Below, one piece after another: positions 52,424-62,569 of a DNA stretch of 64,000 nucleotides (its first letter is position 1; each line of letters opens with the position of its first letter). A program made the position numbers and the translations under genes. A model generated the notes under the pieces. The model was not told where the DNA came from. It saw only the letters and a list, made by a program, of their open reading frames with translations, and did not search any database. The stretch comes from a virus, in the IMG/VR virus record IMGVR_UViG_3300021959_000011, positions 1 through 64,000 of that record, one strand, 5' to 3'.

Positions 52424-54304
52424 CTATCTTCTTATAATTTGTACGTTTTGTGTAGTAATATCGTAATTATTATTATATTCGTCTGAATCTGCATCCATTG
52501 TAATAGTAACATCATTAGGATCGATTAATAGAATTTGATTTCTTTTTGGAAAAATGTCAAAAGACACTGGTTCGGCCTCCATTCGGAAGTTATTATTAGT
52601 GCCACTTTCAACATTTTCAATTATAATATCTTGTACCGTAACTAATCCTGTGTTATAATCGATAGTTCCTTTAATATTATTAGTATAAATCTTTTTATTA
52701 TTTAAATCAAATGAATAAAAATTAAGATTACCATCGTAAGTATCGGTTTCTTCTACATACCAATAATTTTGAGATCCAGAAACTTGTACCCCAATAGATT
52801 TTAAAGTACCTTTCTTGATTTGATTATTAAATCCGAATTGATACTGTGCGGCTCCGCCTAATAAAATTACTTTTTCATTAATCATATTTATCTTGGTGAC
52901 GTTGTTTGTAATCGAACGATCTGTCATGTCAATTTGATGAACTAAATTTGAATATCTAAAATAACTATCAAATTCATTTAAATTTTTTGCACTAAAGTCT
53001 TTAATAGTAGTTAATACTTTTTCTTTAAGTTCGTCTGCAGTAAATATTGTAGATTCATTATCCCATTTTATTTCTGTATTAATTCTAATTCTTGTGTATT
53101 CGGGATCAACAATATCTGGGAGAATAGATACGATAGAATATTCTTTTCTTAATGTACTTTTAATAGTTTCCTTCTCAAAATCCGATAAAAAATATCCATT
53201 GTTAGGCCTAATTGCCATGAAAACTCTGCCAAATATTTGTGGTACGTTATCTTCTCCACCCCAAACATTTACTGATGATGCGGATGGATATATTTGCGGT
53301 ATAATCGCCTTATAATCTCTAATAGTAACTGCACGACCTTGTCCTTCAAAATTTCTTGGTGCATTAAATTTTATTGAAGAAATATCTTCTCTGTTTGCCC
53401 CACCATTTGCAACACCTGTTACAGACAAATTACTTACTCTAAACAAATCTCTATCTGCATTTGCTCCAATAGTAAATTGTGCAATCCCATTTGCTTCCGG
53501 GCCTGTTGTAACTAAATATTTTACAATTAAGACATTTCCTGATAACAATTCACTCCCCAAGACACCATCACCAAAAAATAATTCCCAACCATTTTTTGAT
53601 TCTTGTATAAAATATACTTCGTCTGTACTTTGTAGTCTTAAATTATCTGTAGATTTTTTATATTCTATTAATGCATCATCTTCGGCATCGGGTTGTACAA
53701 ATACTTTTAACGTGTCAATATCTGCCATTTCGTTAGACAGATAGAATCTTTGGTTTGGATTTGTGTTATCTACTACAAATTCTTCTTGTACTTCGATGCC
53801 TTGGATTAATTCTAGATCGTCAATTTTATATACATTTGTGTAAGTACCATTATCGTTTTGAATGGAAGTACTCTTTTCAACAATTCTAGTGATTGTTGGT
53901 ACAAAACTATAGGATTTTCCGTTATAGTTTGTTGTAAACTGAAGTCCACGATTGATTTTAATTGTATCATATACATCTGCCGATGCATAAGAATTTTGAT
54001 CTAAAAGTTCTAAACTAACCTGTGCCTTGGCTGCCTTTGCACTTCTTGGTGTATAGTTTAAAAGTTTTGCCTTTGATACAACATTTTCTCTAATTCTTGC
54101 AGTATCCAAGAACATTTCATTTGTCAACATATTCATATAGAAAGAATTATGATGTGTGTTTACTGCGAGAATATCGATAAGTGTATTAAGTCCAGATGCC
54201 TCAAAATCGTAATCTTTGAAGGTTTCATCTTTTTTCATATATGAGATAATATTAGATTTAATATTTTTTAAATCTAATTCTGTAATTTCTATAGTCTTTG
54301 CCAT
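52424..54304 (-). CDS. gp6: Baseplate wedge subunit gp6
   Basis: FKDYDFEASGL, EMFLDTA, AKLLNYTPRS, FFGDGVLG, RAVTIRDY, VWGGED. Confidence 0.92.
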   Translation of the reverse strand: MAKTIEITELDLKNIKSNIISYMKKDETFKDYDFEASGLNTLIDILAVNTHHNSFYMNMLTNEMFLDTARIRENVVSKAKLLNYTPRSAKAAKAQVSLELLDQNSYASADVYDTIKINRGLQFTTNYNGKSYSFVPTITRIVEKSTSIQNDNGTYTNVYKIDDLELIQGIEVQEEFVVDNTNPNQRFYLSNEMADIDTLKVFVQPDAEDDALIEYKKSTDNLRLQSTDEVYFIQESKNGWELFFGDGVLGSELLSGNVLIVKYLVTTGPEANGIAQFTIGANADRDLFRVSNLSVTGVANGGANREDISSIKFNAPRNFEGQGRAVTIRDYKAIIPQIYPSASSVNVWGGEDNVPQIFGRVFMAIRPNNGYFLSDFEKETIKSTLRKEYSIVSILPDIVDPEYTRIRINTEIKWDNESTIFTADELKEKVLTTIKDFSAKNLNEFDSYFRYSNLVHQIDMTDRSITNNVTKINMINEKVILLGGAAQYQFGFNNQIKKGTLKSIGVQVSGSQNYWYVEETDTYDGNLNFYSFDLNNKKIYTNNIKGTIDYNTGLVTVQDIIIENVESGTNNNFRMEAEPVSFDIFPKRNQILLIDPNDVTITMDADSDEYNNNYDITTQNVQIIRR

Positions 54305-54757
54305 TTATCGAACTCTCTCTATTGCAAATTGGGTTGTGATTTCCCCGTCCATTGCCGGTAGTGTATATACAATTGTAATAATAATATTATTTTCATCATT
54401 AAAATCGGATTCAACATTCACATCCAAAACAATAATTCGTGTTTCACTGGATTTTAGTATATCTTCAATATCCTTACCCATATTTATCAAACTTATTGGG
54501 TCTGCTGGCTCAAATAAAGATTTGTAGAGATTTCCACCAAAGTTTGGTTTAAATGGTCTATCAAAAAAATTTGTTAATAGATTATTCTTCAAAGATTGAT
54601 TAATTGCCGAAATATCTTTTTTTACTGTAATATCCTTAGTAACAGGATTCAGTTGCATTTTTAAATCAATATCAACAAATTGATTTTTTTTGGAATCTAA
54701 TATTCCTAATCTATCTTCTTTTACATCCTCAAAACTGGTTGTTACAACTTCTGCCAT
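54305..54757 (-). CDS. gp25: Baseplate wedge subunit gp25
   Basis: DIDLKMQLNPVTKDI, AINQSLKNNLLT, RPFKPNFG, ETRI; between gp5 and gp6. Confidence 0.9.
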   Translation of the reverse strand: MAEVVTTSFEDVKEDRLGILDSKKNQFVDIDLKMQLNPVTKDITVKKDISAINQSLKNNLLTNFFDRPFKPNFGGNLYKSLFEPADPISLINMGKDIEDILKSSETRIIVLDVNVESDFNDENNIIITIVYTLPAMDGEITTQFAIERVR

Positions 54758-54766
54758 TTTCTACCC

Positions 54767-56272
54767 CTATGGATTTAAATCTATTTTGGGTGCTTTTATT
54801 GTAGTGTTACCCCCACTTTTAGTATCGATAGTACTTCCTGCACCTATTAATGCAGTACCACCAACAACAACTTGCCAATAACCATCCACTACAATATTTA
54901 AATTTCCCTTTACGTGTATATTTTTGTCACCATGTACAATATCGAAATTACTACCAATAGTTCTTTCTACAATATCGCCGTTTGGATGATATTCTTCAAA
55001 CGAACCACTTCTATGATATGTGTGCAATCTTTCTGCGCCGGGCGTATCATCCATTTCAATCAAATGTCCTGAACGAGAATATGTTGCAGTATTATATGGA
55101 TACTGTGGCGCAGCTGGTGATTCTGGTTCTCCAAATAAATCATTTGATGTAACTGGAGTTTTATTCTCTACTGGTTCTGTTGTATCTAATTCTTGTTGAG
55201 TTGAATGTTGTGGTAAATCCGACAACTGGGCCCTAGACTGTCCAGTAGAACCTGATGTGCCACTACGAGAACTACCAGATGATGCAGCTTGACTAGTTGT
55301 GGTTGTAGATGCACGATTTCTTTCACTTGCGGTTTCTCTCTGTACTAATTGATCCGTTGATGTTTCTGGAGATAATGCAGCTGGTGGTACATTACCATCT
55401 GTACCACCAGAATTAAACATTGCAACTTCTTGTTGTCTACGTCTTGCAAGGCCAGGCAATACTTTACCAGATGCTTTATTGTATTGCAACATTTTATTTG
55501 CAATAGTCGCATTGTCTCGCGTACCATTTGCAGTCAATGTATCTATACTGCCGGGCCCAAGGTTGTATGCAAAAGAAGTAAGTGCATCTACTTGTCTATC
55601 ATTCCAATCATATCCATATTTATTTTTTCTTGCGATAACTCCAGCACGAAATTTTGCAATATTTACTTCTAGTCTACGGGTTGCTTCGGCTTCATCGATA
55701 ACTTCGCCTTTGAAGTTTGCCTTAGTGCCATACCCAATAGATTCTTGTTTATGATCCCAGAATGACTTTGCAGAAAATCCTTCTTGTTGTTTCAAAAAGT
55801 CAGTTAACTCTGCACTTCCTGCATTAGATAGTTGTTCTGGTGTTGCGGTTGTATCACCTTGTGCATATCCCGCTGTACCTTCTGAAACAGAATCTGGGGA
55901 TGCTGCACCACTAAGTACTTTAAGTGCGCCAGGCACCTGTGAACCCCTTCCAGAACGGTTTCCGTCTGGTGAAACTTGTTTGCCTGGAACTGTACCCCAA
56001 ATAATTGGGTCTTGTGCATATTCTCCATCTCTAAAAAATCCTAAACACCAAGAACCTTCAATTACACCAGTTGGTGAAATTCCAATACCCCCAGCAGACG
56101 CACTATTCATTGGCATTATTGGACTTGCCCATGGTAATTCTTCTGTTTGCACGAATTCTTCGTGATATCCAATAATACGAATTCTCACACGGCCCAATTT
56201 TTCTGGGTCGTTAACGTCCTCCACAACGCCAGTCCACCACACAAAATTGTCTTTGCCAGCAAAATTTAACAT
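54767..56272 (-). CDS. gp5: Baseplate hub/tail spike gp5 with GH24 lysozyme domain
   Basis: OB-fold WWTGVVEDVNDPEKLGRVRIRI...GFFRDG; lysozyme QEGF...WD...SIGYG...DALTSFAYNLG...GLARRRQQE; C-terminal YPYN...SGHLIEMDDTPGAER and beta-helix ending KIDLNP. Confidence 0.92.
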   Translation of the reverse strand: MLNFAGKDNFVWWTGVVEDVNDPEKLGRVRIRIIGYHEEFVQTEELPWASPIMPMNSASAGGIGISPTGVIEGSWCLGFFRDGEYAQDPIIWGTVPGKQVSPDGNRSGRGSQVPGALKVLSGAASPDSVSEGTAGYAQGDTTATPEQLSNAGSAELTDFLKQQEGFSAKSFWDHKQESIGYGTKANFKGEVIDEAEATRRLEVNIAKFRAGVIARKNKYGYDWNDRQVDALTSFAYNLGPGSIDTLTANGTRDNATIANKMLQYNKASGKVLPGLARRRQQEVAMFNSGGTDGNVPPAALSPETSTDQLVQRETASERNRASTTTTSQAASSGSSRSGTSGSTGQSRAQLSDLPQHSTQQELDTTEPVENKTPVTSNDLFGEPESPAAPQYPYNTATYSRSGHLIEMDDTPGAERLHTYHRSGSFEEYHPNGDIVERTIGSNFDIVHGDKNIHVKGNLNIVVDGYWQVVVGGTALIGAGSTIDTKSGGNTTIKAPKIDLNP

Positions 56273-56292
56273 TTAAACTCCATAGTTTATAT

Positions 56293-56300
56293 TATTTATA
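56293..56300 (-). promoter_or_regulatory. T4-type late promoter TATAAATA
   Basis: Exact consensus between the two gp5 genes. Confidence 0.75.
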
Positions 56301-57137
56301 TCATGGATTTTGATGTATAGTTGGTGCAAGTATAGTTACTGTACTACCACCTAATACTTCAAATGTTCCTGATATACTATATTCTATCTTATCCCCAACT
56401 TTAATATTGAGATTTCCCTCGACAATATAATTGCAATTACCACCTACATGCATATCATAATCTCCATGCACGACTTCAAAACTACTACCAACTGTTCTTT
56501 GTGTAACATCACCATTAGGTTGATACTCTTGTGACGAACCACTTCTATGGTAATTATGAATTCTTTCTGATCCTGCACTATCGTCAATTTCTTTGATGTG
56601 TCCAGACCTAGATGATTCAACCATATTTGATGGATATACTATTCCAATATCACTTTTTGGTTCATTACCTAGAGTACTATTCTTTTTTGTTTCGTGTATA
56701 GTTTCATCCAATTTATTAGTTGTTGCAAGTCTATTTAAATCAGATTCTTCAACAGTACTACCACCATAAAGAGAACCTTTTTCAGATGGATATATAGTGT
56801 CTGGGTCTTGAAATCCAACAGTTGCATCACTGTTAGACTTTTGTGGTTTGCCAGGCACAGTACCCCAAATCAAAGGTTCTTGAGCATATTCACCATCTCT
56901 GAAAAATCCTATAACCCATGAACCATTCGTAACACCAGTAGGAGATGTACCAATTCCATTCAAAGATGCACTGGTAACTGGCATAAGTGGACTTGCCCAC
57001 GGTAACTTGTCTGTAGGTAACAGTCCAGTATCTTCATTATGAATACCAAATATTCTAACCCTTACTCTACCAAGGCCTTCTGGGTCAAAAATATCTTCAA
57101 CCACACCTTGAAACCATACGAAATCATAAAGATTCAT
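56301..57137 (-). CDS. gp5: Second gp5 paralog, lacking the lysozyme domain
   Basis: WFQGVVEDIFDPEGLGRVRVRI...GFFRDGEYAQEP; YPSN...SGHIKEIDDSAGSERI; ends TIHQNP. Confidence 0.88.
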   Translation of the reverse strand: MNLYDFVWFQGVVEDIFDPEGLGRVRVRIFGIHNEDTGLLPTDKLPWASPLMPVTSASLNGIGTSPTGVTNGSWVIGFFRDGEYAQEPLIWGTVPGKPQKSNSDATVGFQDPDTIYPSEKGSLYGGSTVEESDLNRLATTNKLDETIHETKKNSTLGNEPKSDIGIVYPSNMVESSRSGHIKEIDDSAGSERIHNYHRSGSSQEYQPNGDVTQRTVGSSFEVVHGDYDMHVGGNCNYIVEGNLNIKVGDKIEYSISGTFEVLGGSTVTILAPTIHQNP

Positions 57138-57144
57138 TCATCAC

Positions 57145-58359
57145 CTATTTTGTTGGTTGTGGTTGCGGTAATGGTTTATCTGTGGAATCTCTTACACATT
57201 CCATATCTATGTAATACGCTTCTTGTTCAAATCTATGCTTGACTGCAGATACTAACCAATTCCCAGATAAATAATTGTTTACCGCACCATCACCTAGTGG
57301 ACTAAATACAGGAAAAGTTAAATTTACCGTATCACCAGAACCCAATTCGGTATCTCCAAATACAGTCAAATCCATCTTTAAATTATTAAATAACTGTAAT
57401 TGCGCCCTACGTTTTAAATTAGTTTCTTTGTTGTTATATGTCAAAAATGGATTTTCTGGTAATACATATAAATTTGCAGGGTTGTATTGTGTACCTTGAC
57501 CACTGATATCAAATAATGGATTATTTGTTAAATGTGGAACATTTTGATACTCATCCCAAAAACTGTAAGAAATGTCTTTAAAACTTCTTGTAATAAGGTC
57601 TACAGTGATTGCTCTACTATTATACATACCTGATAAAATGTTTTGTACCACATCAAATGAAGATTTTAACCTATAATTTTGAATAATTTTATCTTCAAAG
57701 TTTGGATCTCCAACGACATTAGGTGGTTGTGCCTTATATTCAATTTTGGGAGATGCTTGAACTAACTCAGATAATGGTGAGAATACATAATTATCTTTAC
57801 TTTCATAGAAAACATAATTGGCTGCGTCACCTTTATATGCCTTTTCTGTCATCCAATTACAAGTTCTAAATGCAGTAAAATTTGGAATAACAATTTTTTG
57901 TTCGTCATCACTAGAAACTGCTGAAACTGGTTTACTTGCACCCATCAAACTCAATACCTGACTGGCAATATCAGATGATGGGCCCTCAAAGTATTGCGAT
58001 ATTTTTGTTTGGAAATTTAAGATATAATCTAATGTTACCAATTCTAATATGAATTTAGTTGACATATTATCTCGTTCAAAACCAACAATCTTATGCACAA
58101 CCATATGTAAATCTATTTGTTTTCTGCCGCCAGGATGGTCAACAGAAATTATAACTTCTTCTTGACCAATAATCGGCAAAATTGTAACTAAATCTTCTGT
58201 TGTTACAATACCCAAACGGGCAGTCATAGATGTGGAGTATATATCTTCATATATTTCTAAAGACGCCATAACTTGTCTCAAGTCCATAACAAACCCATTA
58301 TGTGACTTTATAGACAATGTAACTAATTCATATTGACCTGCTGCAACAATTCCTGTCAT
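57145..58359 (-). CDS. gp27: Baseplate hub protein (gp27-like)
   Basis: 404 aa; IYEDIYS, LPIIGQEE, YVFYES, GDTELGSGD, YLSGNWLVSAVKH; between gp53 and gp5. Confidence 0.7.
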   Translation of the reverse strand: MTGIVAAGQYELVTLSIKSHNGFVMDLRQVMASLEIYEDIYSTSMTARLGIVTTEDLVTILPIIGQEEVIISVDHPGGRKQIDLHMVVHKIVGFERDNMSTKFILELVTLDYILNFQTKISQYFEGPSSDIASQVLSLMGASKPVSAVSSDDEQKIVIPNFTAFRTCNWMTEKAYKGDAANYVFYESKDNYVFSPLSELVQASPKIEYKAQPPNVVGDPNFEDKIIQNYRLKSSFDVVQNILSGMYNSRAITVDLITRSFKDISYSFWDEYQNVPHLTNNPLFDISGQGTQYNPANLYVLPENPFLTYNNKETNLKRRAQLQLFNNLKMDLTVFGDTELGSGDTVNLTFPVFSPLGDGAVNNYLSGNWLVSAVKHRFEQEAYYIDMECVRDSTDKPLPQPQPTK

Positions 58360-58361
58360 AA

Positions 58362-58916
58362 TTAATCCTTCATCGACTCAGCAAACTTTTCAACAAAATC
58401 CACTAATACACTTTTTCTCAATAATCTAATAACTCTATTTTTTTCATTTTTTTCATTTTCCATCACATATGCACTATATGGTAAATATTTTTCTGCTGCA
58501 GGGTCTTTTTTTTCTACCATTCTTTCATATGTTTGTTTATTGATAATAGTGTTCCACTGTTTATCGTAATAATGAATGATAGTACTTTCTGCATTTTGAA
58601 TTGTTTTATACTTACTCTTTATCATTGCATCAAATCTGGCGGTTGAAAGTGGCCATTCATCCCTGTAATTAATAATATCATTCATCATCAATATAACCCA
58701 ATAATAATTTGAATCGTCATAGTAAAGCTCGGAAATAATCTGTGGGGTCTCACCATCTTTTATTGTATATTCATAGTGACTATCGGGGTTTTGTTTAAAT
58801 GCATCAACTACAATTGCTTTGTTAAATATGTTTTTTACTTTTTTGGGTTTGCCATTATAAAACATATCATAATGAATATTATTAATTTTTTCGAACATAT
58901 ACGGTGTAGTTGCCAT
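58362..58916 (-). CDS. gp53: Baseplate wedge subunit gp53 (LysM-like)
   Basis: YTIKDGETPQIISELYYDDSNYYWVILMMN...EWPL, ENEKNEKNRVIRLL. Confidence 0.9.
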   Translation of the reverse strand: MATTPYMFEKINNIHYDMFYNGKPKKVKNIFNKAIVVDAFKQNPDSHYEYTIKDGETPQIISELYYDDSNYYWVILMMNDIINYRDEWPLSTARFDAMIKSKYKTIQNAESTIIHYYDKQWNTIINKQTYERMVEKKDPAAEKYLPYSAYVMENEKNEKNRVIRLLRKSVLVDFVEKFAESMKD

Positions 58917-58917
58917 C

Positions 58918-59751
58918 TTAATATCCCTCGTCTATATTTTTCTTGACTACCTGTTCCAATTCTAAAAATGTTAAATTCATAGAAACGTTAGTTGGTTTGC
59001 CATCAAAGAATAATCCAAATGATCCATCTCCCCCATAACTAATTTCACAAGAAGTTAATGCACAGGGTTTAAATTTGTGTAGAGTAGTCAGACTACCATT
59101 TGCAGAAGATAATATATATTCTATTTCAAATATATCTGGAATTGTATAAAACCCCACCTTACCTTCTGCAAAATCTGGTAACATGTGTTTTCTAAAAACT
59201 TTTGTTATCTTTTCAATTTCTTGACTTTCTTTTTCGTTTTTTGCGACAAATTTATATTGAAATTGAAATTGTCTAAATTCAATACCATTGAATAATTGAT
59301 AACGAGATGCATTGGATGCAACTCCTTTTTGAAATTGTGCTCTGGCTTCGCCCAAATTATTTAATAACATATTTGAAGCTTCTCTGGTAATTGTTTCTAT
59401 TCCCATACCAACCAATTCTCCAACAGATGCATCACCTTTTGCCATGATTGCACCAATACCAGAAGTCATTTCATAATTTGCAGTCTGATTCAGAGAAACA
59501 TTCTCTGGTACATAGAGACTCACATTTGCAATCGCCCTCTGATCTGCAGCCTGAGTTGCCTGTTGAGTATCAGTATGTACAACTTCTTTTTTGGTGACAG
59601 CACGATAATTGATAAAACTATGCAATTCCCCGTCCATTTGACCCAAATCTAAGGGATATTTAAATCCTGGCGCTCCAGTAGAGGCATATTTGTTATTAGA
59701 TTTTTGCTGCATAACTTTTGCAGGCCCATCATTAAAGTTTAGACTTACCAT
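58918..59751 (-). CDS. gp48: Baseplate tail-tube cap gp48
   Basis: YPLDL, SLYVP, LFNGIEFRQFQFQYKF, FKPCALTSCEISY, LTFLELE. Confidence 0.85.
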   Translation of the reverse strand: MVSLNFNDGPAKVMQQKSNNKYASTGAPGFKYPLDLGQMDGELHSFINYRAVTKKEVVHTDTQQATQAADQRAIANVSLYVPENVSLNQTANYEMTSGIGAIMAKGDASVGELVGMGIETITREASNMLLNNLGEARAQFQKGVASNASRYQLFNGIEFRQFQFQYKFVAKNEKESQEIEKITKVFRKHMLPDFAEGKVGFYTIPDIFEIEYILSSANGSLTTLHKFKPCALTSCEISYGGDGSFGLFFDGKPTNVSMNLTFLELEQVVKKNIDEGY

Positions 59752-59776
59752 CTTGAGCTCCTAAATAGTATAATTA

Positions 59777-59784
59777 TATTTATA
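59777..59784 (-). promoter_or_regulatory. T4-type late promoter TATAAATA for the baseplate operon
   Basis: Exact consensus upstream of gp48; a CTAAATA variant on the plus strand at 59761-59767 may serve gp4. Confidence 0.75.
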
Positions 59785-59807
59785 ATACATTATTAAGGAT
59801 TTGAATT

Positions 59808-60251
59808 TTGCACAAAAGATTCACATATAAAGGTAAGTTCAAACCAATAAATCCCCACAAATACGCTGGTGACGTAAAAAATATTGTATTTCGTTCACTA
59901 TGGGAACGTAGATTCATGAAATATTGTGACACAAATAGAAATGTTATTGCATGGAACAGTGAAGAAGTAGTAATACCATACAAATCGCCAATCGATGGAA
60001 AATATCATAGATATTATCCAGACTTTTTAATAAGAATAAAGTCATCAAATGACACAAAAAAGACGATATTGATAGAAGTCAAACCGAAAAAAGAAACAAG
60101 GCCTCCCAAAAAAAGAAAAAAGACTGTTAGATATCTACAAGAAGTAAAAACGTGGGGAGTAAATGAGGCAAAATGGAAAGCTGCAGAAGAATATTGTAAA
60201 GACCGTAAGTGGGAATTTAAGATTCTTACAGAAGATCATCTTTTGCCCTGA
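59808..60251 (+). CDS. gp4: Head completion nuclease gp4 (TnsA-like fold)
   Basis: YKGKFKPINPHKYAGD, RSLWERRFM, WNSEE, HRYYPDF, IEVKP, NEAKWKAA; TTG start. Confidence 0.92.
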   Translation: MHKRFTYKGKFKPINPHKYAGDVKNIVFRSLWERRFMKYCDTNRNVIAWNSEEVVIPYKSPIDGKYHRYYPDFLIRIKSSNDTKKTILIEVKPKKETRPPKKRKKTVRYLQEVKTWGVNEAKWKAAEEYCKDRKWEFKILTEDHLLP

Positions 60252-60260
60252 TATTTTAAT

Positions 60261-60268
60261 TATAAATA
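60261..60268 (+). promoter_or_regulatory. T4-type late promoter TATAAATA
   Basis: Exact consensus upstream of gp2 with GAGG RBS. Confidence 0.75.
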
Positions 60269-60286
60269 GTCTAAAACGAGGTTTAT

Positions 60287-60865
60287 ATGGCGAATTTTGA
60301 TGTACTAATCAATCGAATGCTGCGTTCTGGTGTAAAACCAAATACAAATGCAGCAAGAGAATGGTTTAGAAAAAAAATTAGAGAGACTAGAGTGAATAGA
60401 CAAAAATTGTTGTCTGATTCTAATAGGAGTTCATCAACTCCTACTATTGGTCGCATGTATTGTTATTCTTATAATCCAAAACATGCAAAAACATTACCAT
60501 ATTATGATGAATTTCCTTTAATTTTTGTCGTAGAAAGGTTTAGTGGTGGATTCTTAGGTATTAATTTGCACTATGTACCACCAAGAACAAGAATTATACT
60601 TATGGAAGCACTTACTGATATTGCAAATAATAAAAAATATGATGAAACAACTAGACTTATGTTGTCATATAGAGCATTAAAACAACTTTCCAAATTTAAT
60701 GTTGTAAAACCATGCATCAAAAAGTATTTGTTTAGTCAAGTAAGAAGTAAATTTGTAAAAATAGATGCAAATGAATGGGATCTTGCAATATTTTTACCAG
60801 TACAGAAATTTAAAAAGGCTGCACCATCAACTGTATGGTCGCAATCCGCTTTAAAAAGTAGATAA
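60287..60865 (+). CDS. gp2: DNA end protector protein gp2
   Basis: YNPKHAKTLPYYDEFPLI, GFLGINLHY, PCIKKYL, EWDLAIFLPVQKF. Confidence 0.9.
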   Translation: MANFDVLINRMLRSGVKPNTNAAREWFRKKIRETRVNRQKLLSDSNRSSSTPTIGRMYCYSYNPKHAKTLPYYDEFPLIFVVERFSGGFLGINLHYVPPRTRIILMEALTDIANNKKYDETTRLMLSYRALKQLSKFNVVKPCIKKYLFSQVRSKFVKIDANEWDLAIFLPVQKFKKAAPSTVWSQSALKSR

Positions 60866-60876
60866 GAGGAATTTAA

Positions 60877-61803
60877 ATGTATAAGCCTGGATTTAGTGTA
60901 GAAGATTTTCGTAATGGTATTGCGCGTACTGGATTATCCAGAGCAAATAAATATGTGTTGAAAATATCTCCCCCGCCCAAGTTGGTTGGTAAACTAGAAA
61001 GTAGAAATCTAGAAGAAATATTTCTTAGAATTGACACAGTAGAATTGCCCGGCAAATCTCTTGCAACTTCAGAGGTTAAGTACTATGGGCCCCCAAGAAA
61101 ATCTCCATATGGAATGACATATGAAGATTTAAATTGCACACTTATGTTGTCTGCAAATATACGTGAAAGATATATTTTCAGTCAATGGATGAATGCGATA
61201 TACGATTATGAAACTGCAAGACTAGAATATTTTGAGAACTATACGACAGACTTAGAATTTATAACTTACAGTGAAGATGGAAACCCGTTAGCTACTACAA
61301 AGTTTGAAGAGGCATACCCATTGTCTATTGGTGCGATTAATTTTGCATATTCAAACGAAGATGTTGCAAGGATGCCACTAACATTCGCATATAGAAAGTG
61401 GGTAGAAACCGCGCCAGTTAAATTGAGTGGTGCGGTATCTCCATACGGTAGTCTTGCAAACGCACAGCAGTATTTATCATCAGAAGAATATGGAAATTCT
61501 TTTGAAAGATTTATTAATCAAGCCGAATCAAGTAGTCCATTCGGACAGATAGCTTCGGGATTTGCAAAACTAGGTGGGGTGGATGCATCATTAAATTCCG
61601 TAGTAAATAACATGAGTAGTATACTAAACGAACCATTTAGTGCAGTACAAGACTTTGGTAACAAGATAACTGCATCATTAAACGAACCATTTAAAGAATT
61701 TGGTAATTTACAAAATAGAATTAGTCAATTTAATCCAGTTAGTAGATTACAAAGTCAGGCGAACAATTTTGTCAAGAAAAGATTTGGTGGACTTTTCGGA
61801 TAA
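60877..61803 (+). CDS. gp54: Tail-tube initiator gp54-like (gp19 fold) with C-terminal extension
   Basis: GLSRANKY, VELPGKSL, FSQWMNAI, FEEAYPLSIG, TFAYRKW; ~130-aa amphipathic tail. Confidence 0.7.
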   Translation: MYKPGFSVEDFRNGIARTGLSRANKYVLKISPPPKLVGKLESRNLEEIFLRIDTVELPGKSLATSEVKYYGPPRKSPYGMTYEDLNCTLMLSANIRERYIFSQWMNAIYDYETARLEYFENYTTDLEFITYSEDGNPLATTKFEEAYPLSIGAINFAYSNEDVARMPLTFAYRKWVETAPVKLSGAVSPYGSLANAQQYLSSEEYGNSFERFINQAESSSPFGQIASGFAKLGGVDASLNSVVNNMSSILNEPFSAVQDFGNKITASLNEPFKEFGNLQNRISQFNPVSRLQSQANNFVKKRFGGLFG

Positions 61804-61831
61804 ATATAATTATTGAATTGAGGAGTATAGA

Positions 61832-62569
61832 ATGTCTTTACCTATTATTAACCAACCAACATATGAGTTGACTTTACCATCAACAAATAAAACATTAAGA
61901 TTTAGACCTTTTTTGGTAAAAGAAGAAAAAATTCTTTTAATGGCCCAAGAGGGGGGAGATATCGATGAACAGATTGAATCAGTAAAACAGATAGTAAGAA
62001 ATTGTATTGTTTCTGATACTAATGTAGATACTATGTCAACATTTGATATTGAATATCTTTTTATTAAAATTCGTAGTAAATCTGTCGGAAATATTATTAA
62101 TCTAAATTATAAATTTGATAACTGCACAGCAGAGTTAAATGATGATAGTACTGTACCAAGAATTTGCGAAGTACCATTTGAATTAGACTTAGATGAAGTA
62201 GTAGTTAAAACCGAAGGAGAGCACAATAACATTATCAACATAACCGACGATGTTGGTGTTGTGATGAAATATCCAGATTTTAAATTATTAAGTAAAATCG
62301 CATCAATGAATAATTATGATGAACTAATTGATGTTGTTGGTAATTGTGTAAAAATGATTTTTATGGGAGATGAAACATATGACCCCAGTGAATATAAATC
62401 AGAAGAATTGAGAAATTTCTTTGAGAGTTTGAGTCAGGAACAATTTCAAAAAGTTAGTAATTTTTTTGAAACAATGCCACAAACAATGGCAAATGTTCGT
62501 ATACAATGTAAAAAATGCGGAAAGATGGAAAATATTGAATTAAAAGGTATATCGGATTTTTTCGAATAA
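61832..62569 (+). CDS. gp26: Baseplate hub assembly protein gp26
   Basis: MSLPIINQPTYELTLPS, FRPFLVKEEKILLMA, FDIEYLFIKIRSKSVG, MKYP, FFETMP, ends GISDFFE. Confidence 0.92.
   Translation: MSLPIINQPTYELTLPSTNKTLRFRPFLVKEEKILLMAQEGGDIDEQIESVKQIVRNCIVSDTNVDTMSTFDIEYLFIKIRSKSVGNIINLNYKFDNCTAELNDDSTVPRICEVPFELDLDEVVVKTEGEHNNIINITDDVGVVMKYPDFKLLSKIASMNNYDELIDVVGNCVKMIFMGDETYDPSEYKSEELRNFFESLSQEQFQKVSNFFETMPQTMANVRIQCKKCGKMENIELKGISDFFE

Noticed and set aside
2530-57499. Numerous plus-strand and nested short ORFs in the track (e.g. 2530, 19608, 23267, 24482)
   Set aside because: Antisense or alternate-frame shadows of long minus-strand genes, with no recognisable motifs
59808-60251. Tn7 TnsA transposase or homing endonuclease
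   Set aside because: Motifs and position beside gp48/gp2 fit head completion protein gp4; no other transposon genes or ends
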